This document shows positions 12,465-25,715 of a stretch of 64,000 bases of DNA, piece after piece (the stretch's first letter is position 1; every line of letters starts with the position of its first letter). The notes below the pieces were generated by a model. That model saw nothing but the letters and a program-made list of their open reading frames with translations, did no database searches and was not told the DNA's origin. Source of the DNA: Azolla caroliniana (taxonomy: Eukaryota > Plantae > Polypodiophyta); assembly GCA_043228905.1 (NCBI GenBank), contig JBHGNT010000004.1, forward strand, positions 7,998,001 through 8,062,000, in the 5' to 3' direction. The translations under genes were made by a program, and so were the position numbers.

Positions 12465-14571
12465 ATCTCGGCCGTCGTCTACCACTGCATCACATGGGAA
12501 TCTTTGAATCACCATGAAGATTTTCTTCTCAGAGAAACAAGGGAATCTTACTTGGACTGTGGAATCTTCAAAATTTATCAAGTTTTGATGTGATATTTTT
12601 TTTCCTTCTACAGATATACAACATATAGCTACCATATATATGTATATGCTGATCTGCTCGTTAGATTCGACGAGGTTGAAACTGCTTGCTTTAATATTAC
12701 CATCTTTTGTGTGTTTTATTTCATGCTATGTAATGCATAATATATAATTTTCCAATTTCTTGGGAGCAAATACTATTCCATTGAACAAGCTTGCCTGTGT
12801 GGCAGGTCTGCTGTATTGCTATTGAAGAATAGCATCTGTTTGTGTTACAAATATCATGTGAAGCACATCCGTTTTGGTTTTAGCTGTGACACTTCTAGAG
12901 TCGAGCTAATCCCAGTTGGATACTATTTATTTTTGCGGGTGTAATTTTTTTTATCTATACAATATGCAAGCTTGAATGCATAGCAGAAGTTCTGAAGCAT
13001 CCAATTCAAACACAAGAACATCAATAAGTTGGTGTATGAACAAGCGTTGTCATCATCTAGTTGTCTTCGATAAAGCATTCCTGGATCATATCTATCAAAA
13101 GCTTGTTTTCTCTGTGACAATGTTTTGACTGTTAAAGGTACACAAGTAAGGTGCCAATGTATAGATTATAGGTTGTTGTTAGGGAATGGAATATTCAGAA
13201 AGTCTTTTCATCATGTCCATTGGTATATGATATTTTGGTTTTACTTTCCTCTTACTCAATTGTGAACAAGTTTTTTGACAGTTGAGATACTCAATTGGTT
13301 GTACATCTAGATTACAGGACATTTTTAGTGAATGGAATACTTTCCTCTTGCTCGTTAGGCAAAACCAATCTGTTCACATAATTGATGTTGCTTGCAGGTT
13401 GTGGTACTTAAGCAATTAATTCTGCATACTGCATGAACTCATCAATTACTTGTGTTGGTATATGCAGCAAATATTTTCATGTTTATATATGGACAAGCAG
13501 TCTTTTCTTTTCACCTTTCTTACATCTTTAGCTTTAAAGGTGAGCCAGTTTTTACTCCATTCTGAGCTATTAAGGGTTGGCACAAGACACCATATGACTC
13601 CTGTCTCCACCTTTATCCCCTTCATAATTTCTGAAATGATGTAAACTCTGTTTTTTTTTTTTGGGTAAATGATGTTAACTGTTTCTTCCAACATCAGTTT
13701 CTCCATGGTCATGAGGTTCACAATAATACTATTTGTGCTATCTTTCAATTCAATACCTTGCGATGTCGAACAGAACTTCTATAACATTTGCTTCTTGAAC
13801 TTTAAAGTGCTGAGATAACTTGTTTCTTCATCTATGCACCTCTATGATCCATCATGATCATCATGTTTTATACCCTGATCATCTTCATCACAATATGATA
13901 ATCACACTACACGGGCATTCACAATGAACACTCTAGATAATCCCATATCCCTTCCAAGGAAATCTTGATATACATGCTTTGCAAATGCAGGATTTGCTGA
14001 ATTAGTTGTCTTCAATAAAAGTCCATGTTTTGGTACTTCAATCAAAGTTGTAACAATGCAGCTTTTATGAATCATAGTTATAAAATAATAAAGAGATCAC
14101 TCACTGTATGTAACAATAATCTCCAGTATGAGAGACGATTCCTACACTACAAATTTGCTCATTCCATCCCAAAGCTTACAATTTAGATACAGAAAGACAA
14201 ATGCTAATCAACATATATCAAGCCAATGAAGCAGATGGCCATGACGCCCATAAATTTATCACCCAGTCAAGGTTATAACTAGAACCACCAAAGTAATAAA
14301 AACACGTCTCTCTTGAGAGTGCTTTAAACTCGTTTATTACATAATCTGCATCATTATAAAGTACATCTTTTACAATAACAAGAACATGAACGATGACAAC
14401 CACAAAAAGGAAGTGAATATAGGAGGCACAATACAAAATGTTTCTACATAGGAAGGATACCAAGGTCACACAATAATCACCTGAAAATATGTAGAATTGA
14501 CAGCATAACCTTACTAGTTAATTCTACAACATAACCGGACTTGTTTATTTTTTGCCTCAAGATTCAGAGAG

Positions 14572-14965
14572 CTAAGCTTCATCAAAACTTCTGAAATCAC
14601 TGAATTCTACCTTCCTAGAAGGTAAGTTATTCTCTGTAGATCCTTCTACAGGAATTCTATTTAGTCCTTTCCCAGGAATCCTTCTCTGAATACCAGGATG
14701 AAGATTATCGCGATCTTCCAGTCTATAAAACCCTAACTGATTAAATGCATTGTTCATCATTTCTTCAGCAGCCTGCATGAAGCTGTCCATCCCATCTGAT
14801 AATCCTCTACTGAAAGGATCCATGCCTTCAAATGGTTTCAATTGAGATGATGGAAATCCCCGAAAAACCTCCATATCTTTCTCAATATTTGAATTGTGAG
14901 TTGTCCATCCATTTGGCAAGTCTTCTTCTGTGTATTCAGTTTTGGATTCCACTATCTCTTGAGGT
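14572..14965 (-). CDS. Mal d 1-/Fra a 1-associated protein homologue, exon 2 (spliced product 206 aa)
   Basis: Acceptor TGCAG at 14970-14966 joins in frame to give CIGRPQEIVESKTEYTEED, the family's conserved motif; exons of 227+394 nt make 207 codons including the stop. Confidence 0.85.
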
Positions 14966-15885
14966 CTGCAGGTAAGCACATGAATCAGGATAAATAAAGA
15001 TAGATATCCAAGGAACAATATAGATAAAGAAACCATAATCTAATGGTGACAGTTCCTCAGTGAGAGAGACCGAATGATACGTGGGATTTAAGTTGGCAAT
15101 ATCATACTTTTAATATGAACCACGATAAATAAAGTAATTATTCAATTTATCAATAAATATATATGTATACATATACATGTATATATATGGAAACTAGAGC
15201 CTAATGGTGATGATTTCCGAATTTGAGTGGGCAGCATTACTCGTTTCATATGAATTGGGAAATATATCATTTTTTCCAGTCATCTAGGTACCTATTCAAT
15301 AAAACATGAGAAAAAACACTGAATTTTTCTTTATTTCTCTACATATCCACGAATTCCGTTATAAAAAAGATTCCCTTTCCCATATGGAACAAGTTTAAAG
15401 AAGAAATCCTATTCTGCTGGGCATTGAAGCACCTGGTTCCGAATGTATCTGTGCATACCTTTGGACCTCCCATACAAAAGTTGTTACATAATATTGTGTA
15501 CTATTGTTCCTTACACAAGTGCACATGAGAAACCAACAAAAGGCAAGCTGTGAATGATGTCAAGATCAATACTGCAGAGGCGGAAAGCAATATTTTCTCT
15601 ATTCCCTCCTGCGTATTTTGCTGTGCATATGCACCAGGTAATATGACCAAGAAAAAACATATATGCATATGCAAATATATACATATCTAGATCTCGCAGC
15701 CGAGAATTGCAAAATAACAGAATTCCTTTCTCATTTTCCTCACATGCGTTTCCGTGTTGAACGGAGAAGAAATAAAATATATTACACAATATTAAAGGAT
15801 AGTGCTTAAAAACAATCACAGATACGGAAAGCAAAACAGAAGGTATCAAATAAAAAGAAGGGAAAAAGAAGGGAAAAAGGCATAC

Positions 15886-16112
15886 CTTCCAATACAATTT
15901 CTGAGGAGTTGCTCTGTTTTCTCGCACTTCTTCACGGGTTTTCCATCGGTGTTCAGTTCGGTGAAGCATCTGGACACAATAGATCTGGTGTAGGAGCAAG
16001 AATCCTGAGATCGCTGAAGATTACCTTGTTCTGCAGAAACTGGTGAAGAAGAGGAAGAAGGACAGAAACGAAACGAGGGTAGGGCGCCTTCTCCAGAGTG
16101 TCTCCAAGACAT
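15886..16112 (-). CDS. Mal d 1-/Fra a 1-associated protein homologue, exon 1
   Basis: MSWRH...CSYTRSIVSRCFTE...KKCEKTEQLLRNCIG(R); donor AG|GTATG at 15885. Confidence 0.85.
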
Positions 16113-16129
16113 GGCTCTCCCTGTCTCAC

Positions 16130-16162
<33 letters not shown>

Positions 16163-16499
16163 GTCTAACGAAGGGAAACGCAAGGAAGGGGGGGGGGAAG
16201 TCTGCAGATGGCTATGGCGATATGTTGAGAAGAAGCAGAAAACAGAAAAACGACAATAATTCCAAAGTAGAAAAATAAAAATAAAAAATCTTGATTTAAA
16301 AAAAGAGTCTTCTAGGACATTCCATTTTCTTAGTAGGCTTCAGGCCTTAGATAGATAAATAAATATATACATTATATTATCGTCTCGTCTTCGGAGGTGT
16401 CAAATATGACCTATGAGACCAAAAATATTACATTTAAAAAAAATAGTCGTCTAGGACATTCCATTTTCTTAATAGACTACAGACCTTAGATAGATACAT

Positions 16500-17926
16500 T
16501 GATAACAGTATATTACATTTCACATGATACGTGTGAAAGTGAGTAGCGATTGTTGATGTTCAAGAACTTTTACCAATGAATGTTGCGATCGAGAGTGCAC
16601 ATTGTGGTTGTGAGAGAAATTCTTCCAAGGATTGGGCTTGGTCGAAGATGTGTGGAAAGCATAGTCGAATAAGATTAAAGGCAGACCATTGTATCAAAGT
16701 GTGGTACTCAAACTCTCGAACTTGTTTACGGCAAAGTGTGCATAGTCGACCACTCCCATCACTTGTGCCCCAACGTCCCATCTCACATCACAATGCATGT
16801 GAGCTAGGTCGCATGGAAGCAATGGTTCGAATGGAAGACAACATGATGGGCTCTAACATGTATCGAAGTGTACGGTTTCCCCGTTCCGCGAAAAATATGG
16901 TTTTGTAGCTAAGAGCAACATGTGTAGTATAATGTGCGATGCGCGAGCCTCCACATTTTTCCCATGTCATGATACATTGGCATTGCAAAAAGGCCTTATT
17001 AATAGAGGAATCTAGTGATGCATCATGAAGCAAATGTGTTGAATCCCATCTACCAAACCACTTTTTCATATCTTGCATCCAACCGGAACACAAAAATTTG
17101 CTTTTATGCGTCTTTTGGATATTTTTTCTTGCTTCTCATACAATTCTAGGAAGTTGATGTGAATGACTTTTTTGAACCTTAAGCATGTATTCAATAACCC
17201 TTTCCATGGCCATGATCTCAATGGGATGTGATCCCATCTCAAGGAGGAGGATGTATAATGTTTGTTTCTTAATTTGTAGAAACTTCGTAAGAAAATATTT
17301 TTGGACATTTTCAAACTCTTTCCAAGTAGATTTAGGGATGCTACCATTAGACTATACTTCCACCCCATAGAGAAGCACCGGTGTCACCAAAGTGTTGAAA
17401 AGGTATTTCTTGAGGACCTAATACTTAATATCTCCACGATTGCATGTGTTCTCAAATGCATAATATGCTCGTTTTCCTACCTCTAAGCAACGTGTAGCAC
17501 ACATAATCCGTATGATTTGAAGGAACTTCAAGGGCAAGATATTTGAAGCTTTCCACACATTCAAGTGCCTCATTATTGTACATAATGCATGGTTTATCTT
17601 TTTTTTGGCTATTCACAAGAATAATCTTTGTTTTAAGCTATTGACACTTAATTTAGTATGCATGCAAATTTTTTCCAATGCCTTCATAAGCTTTTGCGCA
17701 TCTCCTAAAGTATTTGCAAAAAGCACTACATCATTCGCATATAGCAAAAGCATAATGACAACATTCCCAATTGCAACTTCTTTAACATTGTCTTCATTTA
17801 CAAACTTGGCAACCATTTCTTCCAATTCATCAATGAATAGACAAAATAGAGTTGGTGAGAGTGTTATCACTCATACGCACACAACATATAATCTTCTAAT
17901 ATATTCGGGAGATTACAAGCATATAT
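16500..17926 (-). mobile_element. Decayed LINE (RTE-like), 3' part: RT C-terminal half and Cys/His tail
   Basis: LSPTLFCLFIDEL, LLYANDVVL (YADD motif) and RLCTLC...EYHTLIQW; multiple stops and frameshifts. Confidence 0.8.
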
Positions 17927-18057
17927 TGTTAGGAGTAATACTAAGATAGAGAAGTATTGTTAGGAACAGTAGTAAAACAAAGAAGGAATTAGTACTAAAA
18001 GATGAGGATTAGTACTGAGGGAGGTGTAGAACTCTCAAGAGAAGGAAAGAGTGAGGG

Positions 18058-18102
<45 letters not shown>

Positions 18103-21100
18103 GATAACAAAAGATATATATTATGTTAAGGGAATATACAATAGTAGTTAGGAGGCTTAAGATTGGCGTTGAACCGATTTGGTTCGAAATAATGCCTTGT
18201 GCCTCCTTTTATAGTGTTCTGAGGAGTACTCCTGAAGTTTCTAGAATGTTCCAGAGAAATCTGGAATATACATCAATTTTCTATAGTAAAACTTAAATGA
18301 AAATAATATCTTTCGTATTACAAAACATAGCCTAACGGTAAGAGCTCGACCCATGTAACAAAAGGTCATGGGTTCGAGTCTTGCCATATCATGACACTTT
18401 CCCCCCTTTAAAACGACGATGGCACAAGTTGTTTCGGATTGAGGACCCGGTTTGTCTGGATATTGACGTTGGAAGTCTTCAAGAAGAGCATGAGCATTGG
18501 TCACATTCTCTATCGGTTCCCAAGTACGCTCCTCGGGACTATATCCTAGCCAATCAAGTAGATAGTAGAGCTTGTTGCGAACAATCTTGGAATCGAGGAT
18601 GGCGGCAACCTCTTACTCAGGTCCACCCTCAAGCTCGATCGAGGGTGGAGGCTGTGTAATACGTCCTGGGATGGTGCTCTCTTGATAAGGTTCGAGGAGA
18701 GAACTATGAAACACCGGATGTATCCGAAGTTGCGGAGGTAGATTGAGACGAAAAGCAACATCATTAATATTTCCTATAATACGGAAAGGACCTAATCGCT
18801 GATAATCCAACTTCTCGCATGGGGGAGTAGTCTTGATGTGTCGTCGTAATAGCCATACCCGATCTCCAATGTTAAAACTGGATGGAAGTCGATGATGATC
18901 CACGTAAACCTTGTGTGTTTGTTGAGATTGCTGTAGATGAGTAGATAAATCTGCTTATATCTTACGTAGCCGCTCCAAACGATCCTCTACACAAGGATTT
19001 GTAGGTAACTTTGGGGTTTCAAATACACACCACCAGGGGTGACAACCCGTGTAAGCATAAAATGGTGTCACATTTGTCGATGAGTGGACAGAGTTATTGT
19101 TGAGAGACAAGCTCAACATCGGCCGGATCGGCTAAAGAAGCCGAGGACCGGATCGGTTGGGACCGATCGGTTAGGCCGAGTGCGTAAACTAGGAGGTTGT
19201 TAGGAAAGATATTCCGTGAGGAATATATTTGGGAGTTAGTGTAGGAGCTCTTGATGAGCATTGAAGTACTATCAGTTCTTCGGTCAGTCCTTTTAGGACT
19301 TGTATAAAAGTGCTCACTGAGCACGTCTTATGTACAGACTGAGTATTATTATTGAATATATAGTTTTTTGTGTTTCTTTCTCTGTCTCTCCCGCGTATAC
19401 CGTGTAAGCCTAAGCTCTCCATTGAACCTGAGTTTCCTTCCTCTGTTCTGTCTTCATACCTGCTTCCGCACGCTACTTTCTATAGTTATTATATGCAAAT
19501 TTAGCAAAGTGGAGAATATTCGCCTAATCATCTTGATGATAGCGTAAAAAGCACCAAAGATACTACTCCAACGTATGATTTGTTCATTCTACTTGGCCGT
19601 CTGTTTGCGGGTGGTAGCCGAACGAGAGGTTACATGTGACCTTAAGCATTTTAAAGAGGTGCTTCCATAACTTCGAGACAAATTGGGGTCCACGGTCGCT
19701 GATGATACTATCGGGAAGGCCATGATGCCGACATACTTCACGCATGACAATTTTGGCGGTTTCTTCACTAGAGATTTCCTTAGTACATGGCAAGAAATGG
19801 GCCATCTTCGTATATCGATCTACTACAGTTAAGATTGCATCGAATCCCTTAGAGACCGGAAGATTTGTGATGAAATCTAGGGCAATGGATTGTCATGGCT
19901 TGCTTGGAATTGGTAATGGTTCTAATAAACCATATGGATGATGCCTTGGCATTTTTTCTCTGCAACATGTATCACAAGTCCGAACAAAATCTTCGACAAA
20001 TTGTCGCATATGGGGCCACCAGGATGATCCTTGCACTAAATCTAGTGTTTTAGTACTACCAAAATGCCTAGTTGTATATGTGTCATGACAATTTTGGACT
20101 ACTTGAAGGTGACAAGTACCATTAGGAACATAAAAATAGTTTCTTAAAGAATAGTAATCCATCATGACATTCGAATTGTCGATAGTCTGTACCTGGTTGT
20201 TGCGATTGTGAAAAAGATGCTCGAGAGGGATCAATTTGTGCTAGAATGGCTTGAGCGAAAACATCTGTCTTCAAGTCCTCACGTATGGTATCGATAATGT
20301 GGGAATCCAAGGGCATACTGAAGACATGCGTTGCTTGCAGTCGTGCCAGTCCCAAGATTACTTGCTTTTGGTTATCGAAAGCCAGCTCGCCGGGACACGG
20401 TGCTAGATACGAACGCCGTGATAATGCATCTGCTTTCCCTTGTTGCTTCCCCGAACGATATGTTATTTTGAAGTCGAAACAAGTGAGTAATTGGGCCCAC
20501 CGAGCTTGACGTCGATTTAACACACGAGCATTCTAAAAGTAGGCAAGGTTTTTGTGATCACTGAATACGATGACTTGATGAGAAGACCCCTCTAGAAAAT
20601 GCCTCCATTGCGTAAAAGAGTCCACTATTGCTAATAACTCCTTATCATGAGTTTCATAGTTGATTTCCGTGGCGTCAAACTTGCGTGAATGGAAAGCTAC
20701 AAGATGTAGCCTTTTATCATTGCCTTGTTGAGACAGAATGCTACCTAAGGCAAAATCTGACGTGTCTACTTCAATGATGAATGGTTTTTCTGGATCCACA
20801 TGAGCTAAAATAGGAGCTGATGTAAATGCCTTCATAAGACTCTCAAAAGCAATGTTTGTTTCTTCAGGCCAAACAAACGATTTTCCCTTCCTAGTAAGTT
20901 GTGTGAGAGGCAGAACAAGCTTTGAGTAATCTTGTATGAACTTGCGGTAAAAATTGGCAAAGCCTAAAAAGCATTGCACATCCTGCAACGAACGCGGAGT
21001 CAGCCACTCTACCACCGTTTTGACCTTAGCTGGATCCATGGATATGCCTTCCGAGGAAATGACATAGCCCAAAAATTCTACTTGGTTGCACCTAAAACTA

Positions 21101-23729
21101 CATTATTCCAGTTTTGCATAAAGACCATGTTCTCGAAGTCGTTTTAGTACTAATAGTACATGAGAATCATGCTCTTCTTGGGTCTTTGAATAAACCAATA
21201 GATACTCCAAATAGATGATAAAAAAATCATCCAAGAGATCTCAGAATATATCATTTGCCATGTGCTGGAAGACTGCTGGCGCATTAGTGAGGCTGAATGG
21301 CATGACCGTATACTCTAAGTGGCCATATCTGGTGCGAAACGCCGTCTTCCATTCATCTCCTGGTCGGATCTGTAGGAGGTTATACGCTCCTCGTAAGCCA
21401 ATCTTTGTGAAGAACCTTGCACCATTGATCCGTTCTAAAAGACTTGAGATAAGGGGAAGTGCATACCTATTCCTGAAGGTGACTTTATGCAATCCACGGT
21501 AATCGACGACGAGACGAAGTGATCCATCCTTTTTCTTGACGAAGAAAATGGGTGCGCCAGTCGGAGATTTCGAATGTCGAATGAAACCATTTGCCAAATT
21601 CTCCTCTATATAGGCTCAAAGGACTTCTAGCTCGGTTGGTGAGTCATGACAAATTGTAGATCGGTCCCCATGGTGGCTCTTTTCCCGGTTGTAAATCGAT
21701 GGGGCAATCATACGATCGATGGTGAGGAAGCGTATTAGCTCGTACTGTATCGAACACATCGGCATAATGACGATACTTCTCTAGAAGTTGAACGGTGGAC
21801 TCCTTTTTATTGATACTGGAAGGGTTTACTAATATTGCGAAGAGAAACATTTCTTCCTTGCGTCCTTCTTCACGCAACTGATGTAGCGAAATGGTTTCAA
21901 TCTTATGAGTAGATCCTCGGTTTTGTCGACACCATATTTCTCTTGTTCTCCAATCTATGGCTGGGTTATGTAATTCAAACCATGGTAATCCCAAAACAAT
22001 GGGATGTTCTAGGATACTAATTATATTAAATGATACTACACACGCTAAGTTATCTAGGACAATATTAACGGGTTCTAACTCTTCTATAATATTTCCGGAA
22101 GCAATAGGACGACCATCAATGACTACTACAGAGGCTGGACATGGGAGTTTCTTTAGGGATATTTGATGAGCTTGGGCAAAATTCCTATCCATGAAGCAAG
22201 AGTTGGCTCCGGAATCTAAGAGTGCTAAGACATGTACTGGAGGATTACTTTTAGTACCAACCATTACTTGAGCTAAGAACACATTGCTAACTTTCTTAGA
22301 GGAAATGGAACCACTAATGGGCTACATAGATCTAGGGCTGTGCAACCAAACGTCTCCTATTTTGGCTAGACTTAATCGTTTAACTCCTCTTCTAGTTGAC
22401 TAAGGATTTCAAATTTGTTTGAAAGGCTTGGACTATTAGGACTATCAGACACACCTAGAGAAATAGACTCGGGTTTAGTACTATTAGTACTAGCGGTTAT
22501 TTGATTTACCTGCCTTTTCGGCCGATGGGGGCATTTCACTACAATATGCCCCGGTCCACCGCAATAAAGACATAATCGATTTGCCCTGCGTCACTGCCTT
22601 TCTTCTTCCGATAGTGGTCTGCGACGACGTGTGGTGTCGATTTCCATTGGAGTCGAAGTATTTGTTGGAGACGTATTGAATGACTCCCTTGGGAAAGGCT
22701 TTGCTACGATTGAAGCGTAGGTGGGCTCTGATCTTGTCCTTGACATTTGGAACTGACATTCCGAACGTCGTTCGAAGAGGCGATTATCGCATCGCACCGC
22801 ATGTCTGATTGCTTCTGTCAATGACTTTGGCTCCTCGGGGAAAGTTAAGAGTAAATCTTTAACATCGTTACGTAGGCCAAAACGAAATTGCTCCATTAGT
22901 GCCTAGTCATCCTAGGGAATATCGGTGGCGAGAAGACGGAAATCTGCAGCATAAGCTGAGGTCGGCTGCTCACCTTGGCGCAACCTTCGGATTTTGTTGA
23001 TTGTTGTTCTAACACTAACGGTATCTCCAAAACAGGTTTTAAACTCAGTGATAAACTCTTCGAAATTATTTAACAAGGGAGAGCATTTTTGTAACAGGGG
23101 GGCGAACCATGCCAAAGCCGTGTCACTAAGTAGAGTGCCTACTAGTCCCACTCATGATGCATCGGTGGGATATCGAGAAGGATGCATTTGAATGACTAAT
23201 CGTACCTGATTAAGGTATCTTCTAAACTGCGATCGCGTTCCATCGAATTTCATGGGAAGGCCGATCTTGGGTTCTTTATGAATCCCTTGCGTACTGGGTC
23301 CTTGCTGTTGCATCACTACTAAGGTTGCTTCGAGTTGTTGCACGCGTACCACTAGTTCCCCATGTTGTTGCATCTGCTGCTTTTCTAAGGAGATTTGTTG
23401 AAGAGCCCCCAACAACCGTTGATTTTCCTTTTCCAAAGCAAGGAACTTCTCTTTCAAGCATTGCAACTCTGAGAAAATGGATTGATATTCTTGAACGCTA
23501 ATAGTGGCCATGGTATGAGAGAAAATAGGAATAAGAGATTAGTATGAAGGGAGGGAGAAGTAAGAAGATAAAGGAAGAGAAGGAGAGGAGAAATTGGTTC
23601 AAACTGTTAGGAGTAGTATTAAGACAAAGAAGTACTGTCAGGAACAGTACTAAAACAGAGAAGAAATTAGTACTAAAAGATGAGGATTAGTACTAAGGGA
23701 GGTGTAGAACTCTCGAGAGAAGGAAAGAG

Positions 23730-23783
<54 letters not shown>

Positions 23784-24081
23784 TGAGGATAACAAAAGAT
23801 ATATATTATGTTAAGGGAATATACAATAGTAGCTAGGAGGCTTAAGATTGGCGTTGAACCGATTTGGTTCGAAATAATGCCTTGTGCCTCCTTTTATAGT
23901 GTTCTGAGGAGTATTCCTGAAGTTTCTAGAATGTTCCAGAGAAATCTGGAATATACATCAATTTTCTATAGTAAAACTTAAATGAAAATAATATCTTTTG
24001 TATTACAAAACATAGCCTAATGGTAAGAGCTTGACTCATGTAACATAAGGTCATGGGTTTGAGTCTTGCCATATCATGACA
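17927..24081 (-). mobile_element. Full-length decayed Ty3/gypsy chromovirus, Tcn1-like
   Basis: LTRs 17927-18396 and 23605-24081 (TGT...ACA), TSD TATAT, PPT next to 18397. Order gag (CLYCGGPGH knuckle), protease (ALLDSGA), RT, RNase H, integrase (SDRGPQF, HPVFH), chromodomain (YYLLDWLGY..EERTWEP, ~18450-18610). Confidence 0.93.
19098..19484 (+). mobile_element. Solo LTR of the copia family at 39555, inserted in the Ty3 integrase
   Basis: TGTTGAGAGAC...TTCTATA (terminal CA mutated); TSD GTTAT; highly similar inverted copy at 49704-50087. Confidence 0.88.
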
Positions 24082-25142
24082 TATATTCACTTGGCACCTC
24101 AAGTTATTCCATTCGCCTCCAAAGATGCTCATGAGGTACCATATCAAATGCTTTTTTAAAATCTACAAAGCAACAATATAAACCTTTACCTCCAAGGCGA
24201 CTTCCCTCCATTAATACTCAAAGGGTGACAAGATTATCAATGGTTGCTATGGTGTTTTCGAAAACCAACTTGTCCATAAGCTCTCTTAGCATTTTTTTGA
24301 GCACATGCACTTATTTTTTATTCCATTATATAATATCCAAATAGTTTTGTCATTAGTGAGCCAACCATGATGGTTCGATAATTGTTTACGTTATTTACAT
24401 CTCCACCTTTATGTAAAGGTTTGATCCAATTTGTAGTCCAATCGTACAACATACCATGTTGCAATGCATGGTTAAACATATCGCTTATCCATGCATGTGC
24501 TTCCTTTCCCCTTTATTTGAGCATTTCAGCCTTTATACATTGAAGGTCGCTTGCCTTTCTAGAGGCCAGTTTCTTAAGTCCTAAGCATATATCTTCGATT
24601 GTAAAGAAGGGAGACATATGTGAAAGAGAACCATAACACATCATCTTTTCGGCCAGAGATAGCTCATGTAGATTCTTACAATGCATAGTCAAGTCAAGAA
24701 GAGTTATGTCACCATAACTCTCAACACACTTCCGATTTAGATTTCCCCAAAATTTAGCACATGCATGTGCTTTCTCTTGCGTTTGGAGAATTGTTGAGTA
24801 ATCTCCCATATTCTTCTCTTTCTTTGAATAAGCCTTTTGTACTCATGCAAATGCTTTTGGTAATTTTCTTTATCCTTAACTACATCCAAAATCATAAGGC
24901 GCGTTCGAGCTTCATGACATTCTTCATCAAACCATTTTTTCTTTGAACTACATTTCTTGATGCATTTCCAATATGTGTGCTTGGTCGAAAACATCGGACG
25001 TAACTGTGTACTTCGCAAAGTGCGAGTCACATTTTCAGCTTTAATAATTGTTGGAGTAACGCGGTTTTGACATCTTTAACAAGTGCTTCTGGAGGAGTGG
25101 TGGTCGTCTTATTAGGTGCTTGTGTCATGGGCGGTACCTCCA
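24082..25142 (-). mobile_element. Decayed LINE, middle part (RT N-terminal half), continuous with 16500-17926
   Basis: KWFDEEC and LYCCFVDFKKAFD motifs; the reading joins 17926 across the TATAT TSD. Confidence 0.8.
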
Positions 25143-25715
25143 TGTTGAGTTTAGGACTGTAGAATTTACAAGAAAGATAGACTGAAATATACAAAACAGA
25201 AAACAAAAATACACAGTACACAACTTTTAAGTGGAAACCCTAAAACAGGGAAAAACCTCAGGACAACAAGCTTTCACTAAGATTCAGGCGTACAAAAGGC
25301 AGATTACAAAGCTCTCAAGCTTTCAACATAGAATGCTCAGATAATTGAGAATCCCTTATAGGGTTTCACGAGTTCCACATCGGGAGCCGGATCAGATGGA
25401 GACCGATTGACTGGACCGGATTTGGAGGGAGCTAGTAGGCCATTGAGACCGATATTCCTTGTAGGAATAATTTTGGGAGTCAGTGTCAGTAGCTCATTTA
25501 TGAGCACTCAAGCACTTGTCAACCCATTCTGAGGGCTTGTATTTAAAGTGCTCTTTGAGCATTTTTTTAATGTATAGAGTGTTATTATTTTGAACATAAA
25601 TTTTGTTGTCTGCTCTCTCTCTGTCATATTGTGTATCCCCCTTCTTTGTCTATACCTATCTATTGTATTTCTGGATAACCGATTGTGTACCTTGTGTTTT
25701 GCACAATGCTTCCGT

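Noticed and set aside
18320-18390. Functional tRNA gene (here and at the other A/B-box modules)
   Set aside because: Acceptor and anticodon stems do not pair convincingly; reported only as tRNA-like.
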